Positions 1 to 11,183 are shown, numbered from the stretch's first letter. The stretch: 32,000 bases of DNA from Trichodesmium erythraeum IMS101 (GCF_000014265.1 NC_008312.1:240001-272000); one strand, 5' to 3'. The notes: a model not told the origin generated them from the sequence alone. Numbers and translations: made by a program.

Positions 1-61
1 TAAAAAGTTAGGTGTATTTGTGATGACTTATAAAGTTTATTAGTAGTTAATTATTAATACA

Positions 62-1228
62 ATGATGGGGGAAATCTGCCAAGTTGGCGAAGAAATCTTA
101 AAGCTACTCCTAGATGAATTTCAGCAGTCTACTCGTGGGTCAAGGCAAAATTGCCGAGAGGTGGCAGAACGTATTACACACGAAGTAGATAGGATTTGCA
201 CAGAAAGTAAAAGAATTCAAGCTTCGGGAGAAGTGGGTAAATGGGCTAAAAATTTAGCTCTACATCGCTTGAAACGATGTATACATTACTACCAGCTTCG
301 TTCTCAAGAAGGAAGAATAGAATTACATAGCACCTTCAGCGCTATTATTTATAGATATATCACTCCTGCCCAAATACAATCAAGTTATCAGGCCAAATTA
401 AATCTGATAGAAGATTTTTTACAACAATTTTACCTGGAAACTTTGAATGCTTTTCGGCGAGAAAGTGAACTACCAGCAACTTATCGTCCCCGTACTTTGT
501 TAGAACTTGCAGAGTATATGGCCTTTACCGAACGTTATGGAAAGAGACGTATACCTTTATCTGGTGGTCGTAGTCAACAATTGATTATTTTACGGGCACA
601 AACATTTTCCCAACAACAACCAAAGGAAACATTTGTAGATATTGACCAAGCAGCAGAAGGAACAACTACTGACTCAGATAAGACTTGGAACGATAGATCT
701 ATCCAAGAAGTTCGAGAAGCAATGGTTGCACAAGACCCAGGTAATAATATTGCTTCTTTGCGTCAGGTTGTGATTGAAGAACTAATGGCCTATCTAGAGG
801 AACGTGAACAGAAAGACTGTGCAGATTACTTTGCATTGCGTTTACAAGATTTATCAACTGGAGAAATAGAATCTATCTTAGGTCTAACTCCCCGAGAAAG
901 GGATTATTTACAGCAACGCTTTAAATACCATTTGCTCAAATTTGCTATGGGACATCGTTGGGAACTGGTTCATCAATGGTTAGAAGCAGATTTAGAACAA
1001 AATTTAGGCTTAACTCCTACGGAGTGGGAAGCCTTGCATCACAAAATTGATTCAGAGCAAAAAAATTTGCTAAAATTAAAACAACAAGGTATTTCCGATG
1101 ATGTGATCGCGAAAACTTTAGGTCGTAAAATCAACCAGGTTAAGAAAAAGTGGTATAAATTACTCGAACTTGCCTGGGAATTACGAAATCGTTCAGGTTC
1201 CGGAGCAGGGGCATCAAGTGATGAATAA
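62..1228 (+). CDS. hetZ: HetZ-family DNA-binding regulator (probably the hetZ orthologue; paralogue of 16583..17716)
   Basis: 388-aa ORF with a HetZ-type core (YMAFTERYGKRRIPL, LIILRAQTFSQQQP). Two C-terminal helix-turn-helix-like modules are present (STGEIESILGLTPRERDYLQQRFKYH and ISDDVIAKTLGRKINQVKKKW). It is collinear with the ORF at 16583..17716. Its stop overlaps the next ORF's start, as in hetZ-patU clusters. The orthologue-versus-paralogue choice rests on synteny only. Confidence 0.6.
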   Translation: MMGEICQVGEEILKLLLDEFQQSTRGSRQNCREVAERITHEVDRICTESKRIQASGEVGKWAKNLALHRLKRCIHYYQLRSQEGRIELHSTFSAIIYRYITPAQIQSSYQAKLNLIEDFLQQFYLETLNAFRRESELPATYRPRTLLELAEYMAFTERYGKRRIPLSGGRSQQLIILRAQTFSQQQPKETFVDIDQAAEGTTTDSDKTWNDRSIQEVREAMVAQDPGNNIASLRQVVIEELMAYLEEREQKDCADYFALRLQDLSTGEIESILGLTPRERDYLQQRFKYHLLKFAMGHRWELVHQWLEADLEQNLGLTPTEWEALHHKIDSEQKNLLKLKQQGISDDVIAKTLGRKINQVKKKWYKLLELAWELRNRSGSGAGASSDE

Positions 1229-2240
1229 CGAAACGAACAAACAGGTGGAAATTTTTGAAAAAAATTTCTTTGATTGGCTTCTATCGAAGCCAAATTCTAC
1301 AGAAATATCAACAGTAATAGATAGTCCAAAGTCCATAAATAATATGGAAGCAGAAGTCAAGGAAGAGTTGGACGAACTCTATCCAGATGATTCCGAAGAA
1401 ATTGGCTGTCTCAACTGCAACGGACGTCCACCAATGCCACTGGGAGAAGTACTAACTGTGTATAATCGTTTCGAGTCATTGTTACAAAAACGGATGAAAA
1501 CTGAGATTGAATCTAAACCACCACTGTTTCCTTGGGAAGAAGTGGGATACGATACTGACTATCCAGACGTTGAAGCTAAAGATTTAGTTTTCCCAATTCC
1601 TCCTTGGGCATCACAAATGAAAAATATCAAGTGGAGAAACTTATCTATACCTTTAACATATAGTGTATTTACTCGACTTTTGCAGTCTTGCCAAGAGATT
1701 GTGCAATCCAATTTACTACCTGGTAGTAGATTGGTTAAAGTTGTAGATAATTTGTTCCCTGGCCAATCTCAGTCCCTAAATCATTTAGCCAGCTTAGTCT
1801 TAGTGGGTCAAACCCGTGATGGAGAGTTGCCTTCCCTGGAAGTTATAACTTACAATAGTGCAACTCCAAGACAACAAATGTTGTTGTCTTTACTTGCTGC
1901 TAAAGAGATTCTATCATCTTTAACTTTGATCTGTTATTTAAACGGGTCAGTGGTAAGAAGACAGTGGGAAACTGCTGTAGGTTTGATTAATATTGAGGCT
2001 GAATATTATATTGCTGAAGATAAGTCTTCTGCATCTTTGAGATGTAAAGGGGAATTACCAGAAGCAGCAAGTCTAAAACTGCAAGGTGGAGAAGCTCAAA
2101 CAACTGCTCAATGTTCTGAGGCTGGTACTCTATTGGTAGAATTGTTTGATCCAGAACCTGAGCAAAAATATGAGCTAACTGTTAAGTTTTCAAATTGGGA
2201 AGAACCTTTAAAATTTGCTGTTTGTCTTCAAGACCTTTAA
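1221..2240 (+). CDS. Hypothetical protein translationally coupled to the HetZ-family gene (possible PatU-like partner)
   Basis: The ORF track gives 1170..2240. The internal ATG at 1221 (MNNETNKQ...) overlaps the upstream stop as ATGAATAA, so 1221 is the preferred start. The N-terminus is acidic and contains a PLFPWEE motif. Position downstream of a HetZ-family gene matches hetZ-patU synteny. I do not recognise the sequence family directly. Confidence 0.5.
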   Translation: MNNETNKQVEIFEKNFFDWLLSKPNSTEISTVIDSPKSINNMEAEVKEELDELYPDDSEEIGCLNCNGRPPMPLGEVLTVYNRFESLLQKRMKTEIESKPPLFPWEEVGYDTDYPDVEAKDLVFPIPPWASQMKNIKWRNLSIPLTYSVFTRLLQSCQEIVQSNLLPGSRLVKVVDNLFPGQSQSLNHLASLVLVGQTRDGELPSLEVITYNSATPRQQMLLSLLAAKEILSSLTLICYLNGSVVRRQWETAVGLINIEAEYYIAEDKSSASLRCKGELPEAASLKLQGGEAQTTAQCSEAGTLLVELFDPEPEQKYELTVKFSNWEEPLKFAVCLQDL

Positions 2241-2602
2241 TGACTAAATTTGTAGCTACAAAATTCTAGTGACAAATGGCTAAGAATAATAATATACTGT
2301 GCCTATGCTGGTAAAATCTTAAATAGATGCTTCTAAAAATTAATTAAAATGTCACTGGCTATGAGATTTTAATGTTTATTCCTGCTTTGACGGTAATACT
2401 CGGCAGCAGGATTTTCACAGGTGTTAACGGTTCAGCTAAACGTATTCATTAAATTAATATTTGCATACTATACCCCATCTTATAGATATGCCAGACCTCG
2501 TTTAATCATAACTTATAAGGCTTAATAGCATATCTTTTATATAAACAGAATTAATTAGAATAAATCTGCCTCTGTGAAGTCTATATAGAAACTAGCATTA
2601 AA

Positions 2603-3415
2603 TTACTTTAGCATAGCTGGTAAAGAAATTACTTGTACATCTGGTTTGTAACCAAGCAATTGTAATGATAAATCAGCAAATTTTTGTGGAGAAGAACTAA
2701 CTACAAATTTTGTTGGTTTTGGTGTTTTATCGTTTTCCAAATTCATAATTTTTAACTCTCTAGCTACTACCTTAACCAGAGAAACTGCAGGATCTACAAA
2801 AATCACCGACTTAGGTAATAATGAACGCAATATTGGTTCTAAATAAGGATAGTGAGTGCAACCATAAACTAATGTATCAATTTGTTGCTGTATTAGAGGC
2901 ATTAAATATTCTTCTGCTATCTGATATGTGTAGGGATCATGTAGCTGATTTTGCTCTATTAATGGTACGAAATAGGGACAACCAACTTGCCAAACTTGAA
3001 CAGAAGCATTTGCTTCTAAAATAGCATAACGATATGCATTACTAGCAGCAGTTGCAGGAGTCGCAATAACACCTATTCTCTTTCCTTGTTTCACTGCAGT
3101 ATTAGCTCCAGGTACAATTAATCCTAGAATAGGAACATCAAATTTTGATTTAACTTTTTCTAGAGCCAAAGCTGAACTGGTATTGCAAGCCATCAACACC
3201 ATTTTTACTCCACTTTTGACTAGCCATGTAATAATTTCATCTACAAATTGTAAAATCTCTTCGGTAGTTCTTGTTCCATAAGGTAATCTTGCTGTATCGG
3301 CAAAGTAAAGAATAGATTCTTTGGGTAACTGTCTATATAATTCTCTTAAAACAGTTAAGCCACCTATCCCACTGTCAAAAATTCCTATTCTTTTTTGTCT
3401 GGTTTCAGTAGTCAT
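2603..3415 (-). CDS. murI: Glutamate racemase
   Basis: Motifs IGIFDSGIGGLTVLRE, YFADTARLPYG, LMACNTSSA and LVYGCTHYP include both catalytic Cys motifs. The ORF extends to 3439, but the Met at 3415 (MTTETRQKRIGIFDSG) gives the usual N-terminus. Confidence 0.9.
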   Translation of the reverse strand: MTTETRQKRIGIFDSGIGGLTVLRELYRQLPKESILYFADTARLPYGTRTTEEILQFVDEIITWLVKSGVKMVLMACNTSSALALEKVKSKFDVPILGLIVPGANTAVKQGKRIGVIATPATAASNAYRYAILEANASVQVWQVGCPYFVPLIEQNQLHDPYTYQIAEEYLMPLIQQQIDTLVYGCTHYPYLEPILRSLLPKSVIFVDPAVSLVKVVARELKIMNLENDKTPKPTKFVVSSSPQKFADLSLQLLGYKPDVQVISLPAMLK

Positions 3416-4313
3416 TATTTGAGTATTTACATAAATCAACTATAGCAGTCCTCGGGGCAGTTAAGAGCTTCTCACGCCTCTCAAATTTAGTCTGTGTTGC
3501 GAATTTAACCTCTGACTTGAGCTACATATCTCCTAACCACTTTGGCTGTTTCTATATAATTCAATTCCTCAGTTTGACATACTCCAGACATTTTACTTAG
3601 AGTACACTCGGGAACTTTAAAGCTTTGACCATAATTTTAGTGGTGAGTTAATATTCTCCCTCTCTGCTATATTCACAGTAATTATACACACCCCTATTAG
3701 CCTCACAGAGGTATGTTTTTAATAAAGGGACAAGTAATGACTTTTATCCGGAATAAAATTTCAATAAAATAAAACCGTACTTTTTTATACAAAAAAAAGT
3801 ATAAAATTTCTCTGATATCCTTCTCTTTCGCCCCTTCCACACCCAAGGGCATAATTAAAACATATACTCTTTTCATCCCCTCTCCGCTCCTGGGAGCGGA
3901 GCTATCGGGGTAATAGACTTATTTTTCTTATCTAGTTCCTGTCCAAGACTACTACAAGAATGCCAATCCTTAAATAAGCTTTTAAGAATTTTATTAAAGT
4001 ATTCCCAAGTAGCTATAACTTAAACATAAACCAGGTTTATCAACAAAATTGCATATTTGTGGGCAAAAAAATAATCAGAGTAATAAAGCCAATTTATGAT
4101 CAGGATAGGTAAGTCCTGTTAGGATTATGTGAAAAATTAAAAATATATAGCAGAGTAATTTGAAAATATTGTTTTACTGCAAAGCCTTTAGCCTTGTATT
4201 TAAGAGTTTGACACTACAGTTAACAAATCAAATATAATTGCTATATGAACAGAAAGAAAATTTTTCATTACCTACATTATTGTTTATCTCAGCCTAAAAA
4301 TAAGAGACTACAA

Positions 4314-4883
4314 CTATCCCACAAAATCTAATCTAGCTGGTTTGTCTTTTGGTGCTTCTTGACCTTTGAGAAAAGCTAATACTGTATCTGCATCAGATAC
4401 CTCAAATGGGTCATCACCATAGTTGTCAGCAAAACCTTCCTCAACAAACATCTTTTCAATTGTGCAGTCATTCACAACCATTGCATAGCGCCAAGAACGC
4501 ATACCAAAACCTAGATTGGACTTTTCTACTAACATTCCCATTTTGCGAGAGAATTCTCCATTACCATCTGGTAGTAGGAATACGTTTTTAGAACCTTGCT
4601 GTTTACCCCATTGAAACATCACAAAAGCATCATTTACTGATAGACAGATAATTTCATCTATTCCTTGTCCTTTAAATTCATTGTATAGTTCTTCATAGCG
4701 GGGTAGGTGAGTAGATGAGCAGGTTGGTGTAAAAGCACCGGGTAATGCAAATAAGACAACACGCTTGCCACCAAAAATTTCTTGAGTAGTTTTGTCTTGC
4801 CACCGGAAAGGATTTGGCCCATCAACTGACTCATCACGGACACGGGTCTTGAATACTACGTCAGGAACTTTGTCAATAACCAT
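4314..4883 (-). CDS. Type II (Prx5-like) peroxiredoxin
   Basis: 189 aa containing [40 protein letters not shown] (peroxidatic Cys) and [13 protein letters not shown]. It is very close to the cyanobacterial PrxII type as recalled. Confidence 0.9.
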   Translation of the reverse strand: MVIDKVPDVVFKTRVRDESVDGPNPFRWQDKTTQEIFGGKRVVLFALPGAFTPTCSSTHLPRYEELYNEFKGQGIDEIICLSVNDAFVMFQWGKQQGSKNVFLLPDGNGEFSRKMGMLVEKSNLGFGMRSWRYAMVVNDCTIEKMFVEEGFADNYGDDPFEVSDADTVLAFLKGQEAPKDKPARLDFVG

Positions 4884-6540
4884 AACTTAAACTTACCTCT
4901 GGATAATTTAGTAGATTAGCAATTCAATCTATATTAGCTTTTACTGATTTGACACTCCCCTTACACTGAAGATATGGGGAATTCTTGGTTTTGCCACCGT
5001 AATTAAAATCTCAAAGAAAGGGAAAAATTTAAGGCTTCCCCAACCTCTTTTGAGTATTAAGACTCAAGTGATACAGTGTCACACAAGTATTGACTACACT
5101 GTTCCCATGTGCCTCACGGTACAGTTTGATTACTATAATAAAATAGTTTCGTACTCTTGTGGATTTAGTGAGAATCTATCGGCCATATTAGAATACTTTC
5201 TTTCCTAATTTTTGACCTTTTGATTGATTTCACCTTCTAGATCAGAATAATTATTAAATAAGAATATGTCAATGATATTAAAGAAAAATTTTATTTTCGA
5301 GTTTTTCAGTAGAAAGTGCTTTCAAATAAGGTTTTATTATCTTTACTATAGATAATTTGGTATATTTAAGAAGGAAATTAAAAATATTATATTTTAACAC
5401 AATTGACTCTCGACTTACAATTTTCCACTCATCACTTACTAATATCACTCTCTGAATAATTGGTTATTTTACACTTTAGAAGTTAGGAGAAAGGAAAGCA
5501 AAATTTATTGTTTTGAAAGAAAATAAATAACACAAATAAGTATATTTAGTCTGAATATATAGGAGATTTCATCAATGGTTAGGTAAAACTATGCCAGTTA
5601 ATAGAATTGAAGTACAAAGGTTTTATCAACAAAAACAATAATATACCAATTCAGAATAAGTTATGGCAGATATCATAGTAAAAATAATATCTTCAAAAAG
5701 CATTTATAGCAGATTTTATAGTAAAAATAATATCTTTACTTCACTGGAAAAAATTTAATATTATAAATGAACTAGATTATTTTTTACTTTAGATAAAAGA
5801 AGCCAAGTTAATAACAGAGGTAAAAAAAATAATAAGAGTTTTGGGCTCAAGATGATTTGGTGGGAAACTGTAGGGGTAACAGACAGAAATAAAAAGCTGA
5901 TATGACAAAGTGTGCAGGTCTTCTACCTAGTCGTGATAATTTAGATGTTTTTGAGGGCAAACAGTCATTAATTATTCTGCAAATTTATCAAATATTTCAC
6001 AGAAATTAACCAATATTGACCTCTATTACCTGTCTAAAAATAGCTATATTTTCAAGATTTTATTGAGACAACTTGCATAATTGGCTACTCTTTTTTGATA
6101 AATCACTTTTCCTTTTTTTAAGTATTAAGAGTAAGTCAAATTTATTAATAATGTGACCGCAATTAATAGTTCTATTTTTACCTGAGTTACTTCTAATTTA
6201 TGGCCTGATTTATTGAAATATCTGAACATTTATTCAATACCTATTCATTTTTTATAGGTATTTATTTTGGTTTTGTTCAGCACAAAAGTTTGGTCATAAT
6301 TAACCCGACCTATTCTGACATATTACCTCAATATTTATTTTCTACTTACTCACAAAATTCACAGCTATAAAAACCTGAGCTTGAGTAATTTTTACTCTTT
6401 TTAAATACATTTATCTTCCTAATTTTATTCCTACTTCTCTTAACGCTATCCTAAGTTATTTTTCTATTTCTATATACTGGATTATTTTCAATCTCAGACA
6501 AAAAAACATTTTTTTTAAATTTTAACTATTTTTATTGATT

Positions 6541-7155
6541 TTACCAAAAATTACTAACTTGATATCCTAGATTATTAAGCATAACTCTGAACAATGGTAG
6601 ACTTAAACCTATTACATTTGTGTGACAACCATCTATCTTTTCTATAAATAAACCACCAATGCCATCTATAGCAAAACAACCAGCACATTTTAAAGGTTCT
6701 TCAGTTGCAACATAAGCTTCTATTTCTTGGTCATTAACATGGGAGAAATGAACTTTAGTCATTCGACAAAGTACGATAGTTTTATTTTGGGATAAATCAA
6801 TTAATGCATGACCAGTGTACAACTGACCTACTTGACCACGCATTTTTTGCCAACGAGTGATCGCTTCTTGCTTATCATTAGGTTTACCATAAATCTGGTC
6901 TTCAATAACTAATACTGAATCACATCCTAAAATTAAATTTGATTGCTTTTCAGGTAATTTTTCCTTCATTATAGAGTTAGCTATTGTTTCTGCTTTAGCC
7001 TGAGCTAAAGTTTCTACTAATTGTCTAGGTTCTTTTAATTTAATTGTTGACTCATCGAAGTTACTAGGCATAACTATAGGGTTAATACCAACAGTTTTTA
7101 ACAAGCGAAGTCTTGCTGATGAAGATGAAGCTAATATTACGCTGGGAATTTTCAT
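6541..7155 (-). CDS. maf: Maf-like nucleoside triphosphate pyrophosphatase (septum formation protein Maf)
   Basis: 204 aa with [18 protein letters not shown] at the N-terminus, LGCDSV, and [32 protein letters not shown] at the C-terminus. Confidence 0.85.
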   Translation of the reverse strand: MKIPSVILASSSSARLRLLKTVGINPIVMPSNFDESTIKLKEPRQLVETLAQAKAETIANSIMKEKLPEKQSNLILGCDSVLVIEDQIYGKPNDKQEAITRWQKMRGQVGQLYTGHALIDLSQNKTIVLCRMTKVHFSHVNDQEIEAYVATEEPLKCAGCFAIDGIGGLFIEKIDGCHTNVIGLSLPLFRVMLNNLGYQVSNFW

Positions 7156-7845
7156 ATTTTAAAGCATGGGGTTCATAAAGTATTCAAAATTAGAATTGAA
7201 TAATTTTTTAGGACTATAGTCTATAGTTTTAATGGTATTTATTATTATTTTCAATTGGGAAAATTACTATCCATTCCTTGGATTAAATCTTCCTATTGAT
7301 GTAGGTAGGCATAAAAATTGCTTAACTCTTAATTAAATTTTAAAAGTAACTCCAAGTTCATCTAGACAGTTGATTTGAGAGGTAATTTATATTTTGTTAC
7401 ATGAATATATTTTCTAACCTAGCCACTTAATGCTAATTCCCAAAAATAATGCAAGAAGAAGGTTCAGGCTTAAGCTATTAAGTGATAAAAGAGTAAGACC
7501 AATGTTTTTAACAATTAATTTGCCAATTTGCCAAAGTGCGAAGATATCTTATTCCTAAATCCTACTCTCTACTCCAACTGTCTCAATAGAATGTGGCATT
7601 ATTTTTTTTTAATAGTATAAGAGACTGCTTGTAAAATAGGTTAAGTATTAATATACTTGTGGATAAATTCAATCTTAAAATTGGAATAAGGTTATAGATA
7701 GAAATCAATTTACCTTTAGGGAGTATCCAGCCTTTATACTTTTAAGGTTATGGTAATAAACTCAATGGCAAATAATTGTATTTTTGCCTATTCCTTACTC
7801 CCTATTCCCGATATTTTTTTTGATATTTTCTAATATATTCAGTCT

Positions 7846-8388
7846 CTAATATACAGAGAAAGAATTAATAACTTGCTGAAACTTATCATTCACTTTTTCC
7901 CACCGCTTTTCGGTAGTGGAAATATTGATGGTGAAAAGCTTGCCTCGACTAACTGCTACACTTGCTAAGTTATGACGTTCTCTTCCATCAGCAAGTTTAA
8001 CTGCATACTCCAATTTATAATATGTTTTAGTCTTATACTCTCGTGCTTCCGCGTTAACTAATTCTGCTTCCCGACCTGAGTCTTTTGGTGCAATGGCATT
8101 TTTGCTAAGTCTATAGCCTACATCGGTAGGAGTACCCAAATCACTCAAAGTCTTTTCTTCAACCATGGGACTAATAACTACGCTAACATTCTCAGTAGCC
8201 TCAACTAGGTCATGGAAGACTACATCTGGGCCATCAGAAACTTTGACTTCGATCCAACCATTGGGATAGAGGAACTCGTAACCATCTGTTGTATCTACAA
8301 AGCTTTGGAGTCCACCGCCTACAGAAACACAACCTGTTAGTGTAAGAGCGATCGCTACTAAACATAAGGCCACAATTTTTTTGAACAT
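7846..8388 (-). CDS. psbP: PsbP-like photosystem II lumenal protein (CyanoP), lipoprotein
   Basis: YEFLYPNGWIEV, VVFHDL and VSVVISP match a PsbP fold signature. MFKKIVALCLVAIALTLTGC is a lipoprotein signal. The ORF runs to 8445, but the Met at 8388 places the signal peptide at the N-terminus. Confidence 0.8.
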   Translation of the reverse strand: MFKKIVALCLVAIALTLTGCVSVGGGLQSFVDTTDGYEFLYPNGWIEVKVSDGPDVVFHDLVEATENVSVVISPMVEEKTLSDLGTPTDVGYRLSKNAIAPKDSGREAELVNAEAREYKTKTYYKLEYAVKLADGRERHNLASVAVSRGKLFTINISTTEKRWEKVNDKFQQVINSFSVY

Positions 8389-8854
8389 TTTTTTTAATCT
8401 AGACTCTACATAGCTGCAGTGGAGTTGAGTTAAAGTTAAATTCAACTCCTATTACTCCAGTAAATTTATTCTCTCATTAAATCTTGATTAATTTAACTAT
8501 TTGTTCAGATTAATTAATTTTAACAATCTTTAAAGTTTTAGTTAAATCCAACACTTTTAGTAATAGAATTAATTTTTGTACAGCAATAAAATATATATTT
8601 TCCAAGTTTATTGTTTGTTCCATACCATAGATTTATCACCCTTTTATTATCAAAAAAACTAAAGTACGCTAATTTTAGTCAAGATAGGAAAAAATTATCA
8701 TAGTCATACCAATTATCCCCACAGATTTGAATTTTATATAAATGTTATTTGTTGAAGTAAATCTAGTATAATCTGAAACTTTGTGAATATTAACTTTGTT
8801 GTTTCAAGAGTTGTCATTAATATATAATTTGATGATAATTTTGAATTAATTTGA

Positions 8855-9144
8855 ATGATTAACTATCTAAAAGGCAAAGTGGCAAATGTGTACAAAGGCA
8901 GTGGTTTTCGTATGACTGTAATTTTAGAGGTTAATCAAGTAGGTTATGAGCTACAAGTTCTACCTCGTTTAACTCAGAGTTTACAGGAAGGGAAGCAGGT
9001 GCAAGTTTTTACTCACCAACAAATGCGAGAAGACCAAATGGTCTTGTACGGTTTTGGTACTTCAGCTGAAAGAGACTTATTTCGTCAGTTAGTAAGCGTA
9101 AGTGGTATTGGGGCACAATTAGCGATCGCTCTATTAGATACTCT
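8855..9144 (+). CDS. ruvA: Holliday junction DNA helicase RuvA, exon 1 (N-terminal OB domain and start of the HhH region)
   Basis: MINYLKGKV...FTHQQMREDQMVLYGFGTSAERDLFRQLVSVSGIGAQLAIALLDT is a typical RuvA N-terminus. The reading frame breaks exactly where GTGCG, the group II intron 5' consensus, begins at 9145. Confidence 0.85.
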
Positions 9145-9742
9145 GTGCGACTTGTTGGCCACTAAACCTTTAATTAGGATATAAATGGCCGTTCCAAGTC
9201 AACACATGAGGACAACCTCGACTTGTGAATAACTCTTATGACCTTGTAGGTGAGATTCCTACCGCCTTGTTGTTGGGTTGACAGCGTAGGCCACAAGGTA
9301 GAGACTGAACATCAATCCTTGAAGCTGGTCTAAATGGGGTCAAAGCTTTAACTACCAGATAAGTGAGACTTCTAGCAGAGACTGACAGGTGGACGAACAG
9401 GAAGGTAATTAAACTCTCGTGATAATAGACCATTTTAAAGGTAGCTAGTTTATGTAGGACGAAAGTCAGAGGGTCTATGGATAATTATATAGAGTAGTAA
9501 TTATCAACAACCAATACGAACCCTCCGGGAGATTTTGCCCCGCTAAATCAGTCGCAATAAAGGCATAAGGGAACAAGGAAACTTCTCTAAGACACCTAAG
9601 AGTATAGGTCGAAAACTTAGGAAGCCATTCAAGGTCAATCTACGCAAAATGGTCGTAGGTCTTAGAGAGAGTAGGATTGAGTAAGAAGCTCATTGAAGCA
9701 GACGTACTCACTGTTAAACGTAATGTAAGGTGACAATTAGCG

Positions 9743-11095
9743 ATGAATAAGGCTAAAACACTAAAAATAAATTTAGAAAATCCTAAACTATTTTTAAGTG
9801 TGGCATGGGATACAGACGATATACTCTCCCAAGTCTCTATCAAACTAGCCCTAAAGTGGCGAGATACAGACTGGAAAAAGGTTGAGAAGAATGTATTGAA
9901 GTTGCAAAAGTTAATTTACAGAGCATCCAGCCGTGGCAAACAAAATTAGCAAGATGCGTAAATACTAAAAACTTCTGACTTCTAGTTATTATGCTGGGTT
10001 ACTAGCTCTTAGGTGAGTAACATAGGTAGACTTGGGGAAAAAAATGTGGCTGTGGATAGCATCAAAAATCTACCTCATAAGCAAAGATTTAACTTTGTAA
10101 ACTTATTGAAATCAAATTACTTCAAGGGAAGTCCGACCCTTAGATCCTCAATACCAATACTAGGAAGAGATGAAAAGGGACAGCTAGGATCCCCAAAGAT
10201 GTAGGAGAATACATTACAAGCCCTGGTAAAATTAGGTAACTCACCAGAATGGAAAGCAGGTTTCGAGCCTAACAGTCATGGTTTTCAACCACGACGATCA
10301 ACACATCATGCTATTAGTGCTATCTTTGACAGTGTCAAGCAGAAAACTAAAGATGTGTTAGATGATGTGTTAGATGTTGATATATCCAAATGTATAAGCC
10401 TAATTAATCATGATGCACTGCTAGAAAAGATGGTAGCAAAGTCTACAGATAACTAATCAAAAAATGCTTAAATTCTGGGGTATTTGACTATAGGAAATTA
10501 GCGGATATATATAATTCTCACAAATCTGCTTCCATTAGAGCGCTAATAAAGAAACTTAATCCAGTAATTGGAGGATGGGGTAATTACTTTTCTACCCAAG
10601 TCAGTAAAAAGATATTTAGACTCACTGAATAATCTCTTGTTGAAAAGAATAGGTTGATGGACAAATAGAAGGTATCCAAACGAGTCAAGCAACTAGGTCA
10701 ATAAAAAGTATTTGCTTAATATTGATAATGGCAATTTGATTCTGGAAAGGCGTAGATATTTACCAAATCAACACTTAGAGATATCTACTGTAAGGCATAT
10801 CAAGGTGAAAGTTCACAAATCATCTGATTGTGACTGGACTTATTGGAATAGTAGAATTGCTAAACACCCAGGTGTAAAGACAGAAGTAGTAACACTAATA
10901 AAAAGTCAGAAAAACAAATACGTATTTTGTGGATTAAACTTCAGGCCAACTGTATAAATCGAAGTTGACTACATCGTTCCCTGGTCTGAAGGTGGTAACA
11001 AAACACATAAGAATAAACAAGTGTTATGTTTACATTGTCACTATTAAAAAAAAACTGCTGAAGACTTGAAAGCAGTGAGCCTATTAGACTAATTA
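9743..11095 (+). pseudogene. Decayed intron-encoded reverse transcriptase/maturase/HNH protein
   Basis: - Fragments across frames match a group II IEP. The N-terminus reads DWKKVEKNVLKLQKLIYRAS.
- RT domains 0-3 remnants read IPILGRDEKGQLGSPKM*, then QALVKLGNSPEWKAGFEPNSHGFQPRRSTHHAI.
- X domain: LIKKLNPVIGGWGNYF.
- HNH: EVDYIVPWSEGGNKTHKNKQVLCLHCHY*.
- There are multiple in-frame stops and frameshifts.
- The palm region that should carry YADD is absent between ...NSGVFDY and RKLADIYNS... Confidence 0.8.
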
Positions 11096-11148
11096 GATTT
11101 TAGGTGGAATTTCATTGGGTGTACCCTTGAATGGGACGTTTAAGAGAG

Positions 11149-11183
11149 GAGCCGTGATGAGGTGAAAGTCTCACGTCCGGTTC
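11149..11183 (+). other. Group II intron domain V (catalytic hairpin)
   Basis: 35-nt hairpin with GAGCCG pairing to CGGTTC, an AGC catalytic triad position and a GAAA tetraloop. It lies 37 nt before the inferred 3' splice site. Confidence 0.85.

Noticed and set aside
1039-1293. Antisense or overlapping short ORFs inside confirmed genes: 1039..1293, 2821..3024, 4406..4591, 4658..4843, 14908..15123, 20629..20892, 20833..21048, 23907..24098, 24852..25199, 26273..26677, 26308..26502, 29062..29247, 30569..30772
   Set aside because: Each is embedded in, or antisense to, a longer ORF with a clear family assignment. None has recognisable motifs. The one at 20629..20892 merely mirrors the internal 93-nt duplication.
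3441-3720. Possible housekeeping RNA (6S RNA, RNase P RNA, tmRNA, SRP RNA or tRNA) upstream of murI
   Set aside because: I found none of the diagnostic conserved strings (RNase P GGAAAGTCCGGGC-type core, tmRNA tag/acceptor end, tRNA T-loop GTTCGAATC-type) on either strand. It is kept only as an unexplained region in the findings.
9236-9843. Minus-strand ORFs 9236..9433 and 9640..9843
   Set aside because: They lie antisense within the structured 5' part of the group II intron, have no recognisable motifs and are best explained by chance.
10013-10957. ORFs 10013..10204 and 10712..10957 as separate genes
   Set aside because: They are fragments of the decayed group II intron-encoded protein (RT domain 1-2 and the region preceding HNH), not independent genes.
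9743-11095. Reverse-transcriptase remnants as a retron or diversity-generating retroelement
   Set aside because: The RT fragments sit inside a canonical group II intron (GUGCG 5' end and domain V) and are followed by X and HNH domains typical of intron-encoded proteins. No template/variable repeat pair or msr/msd-like structure was seen.
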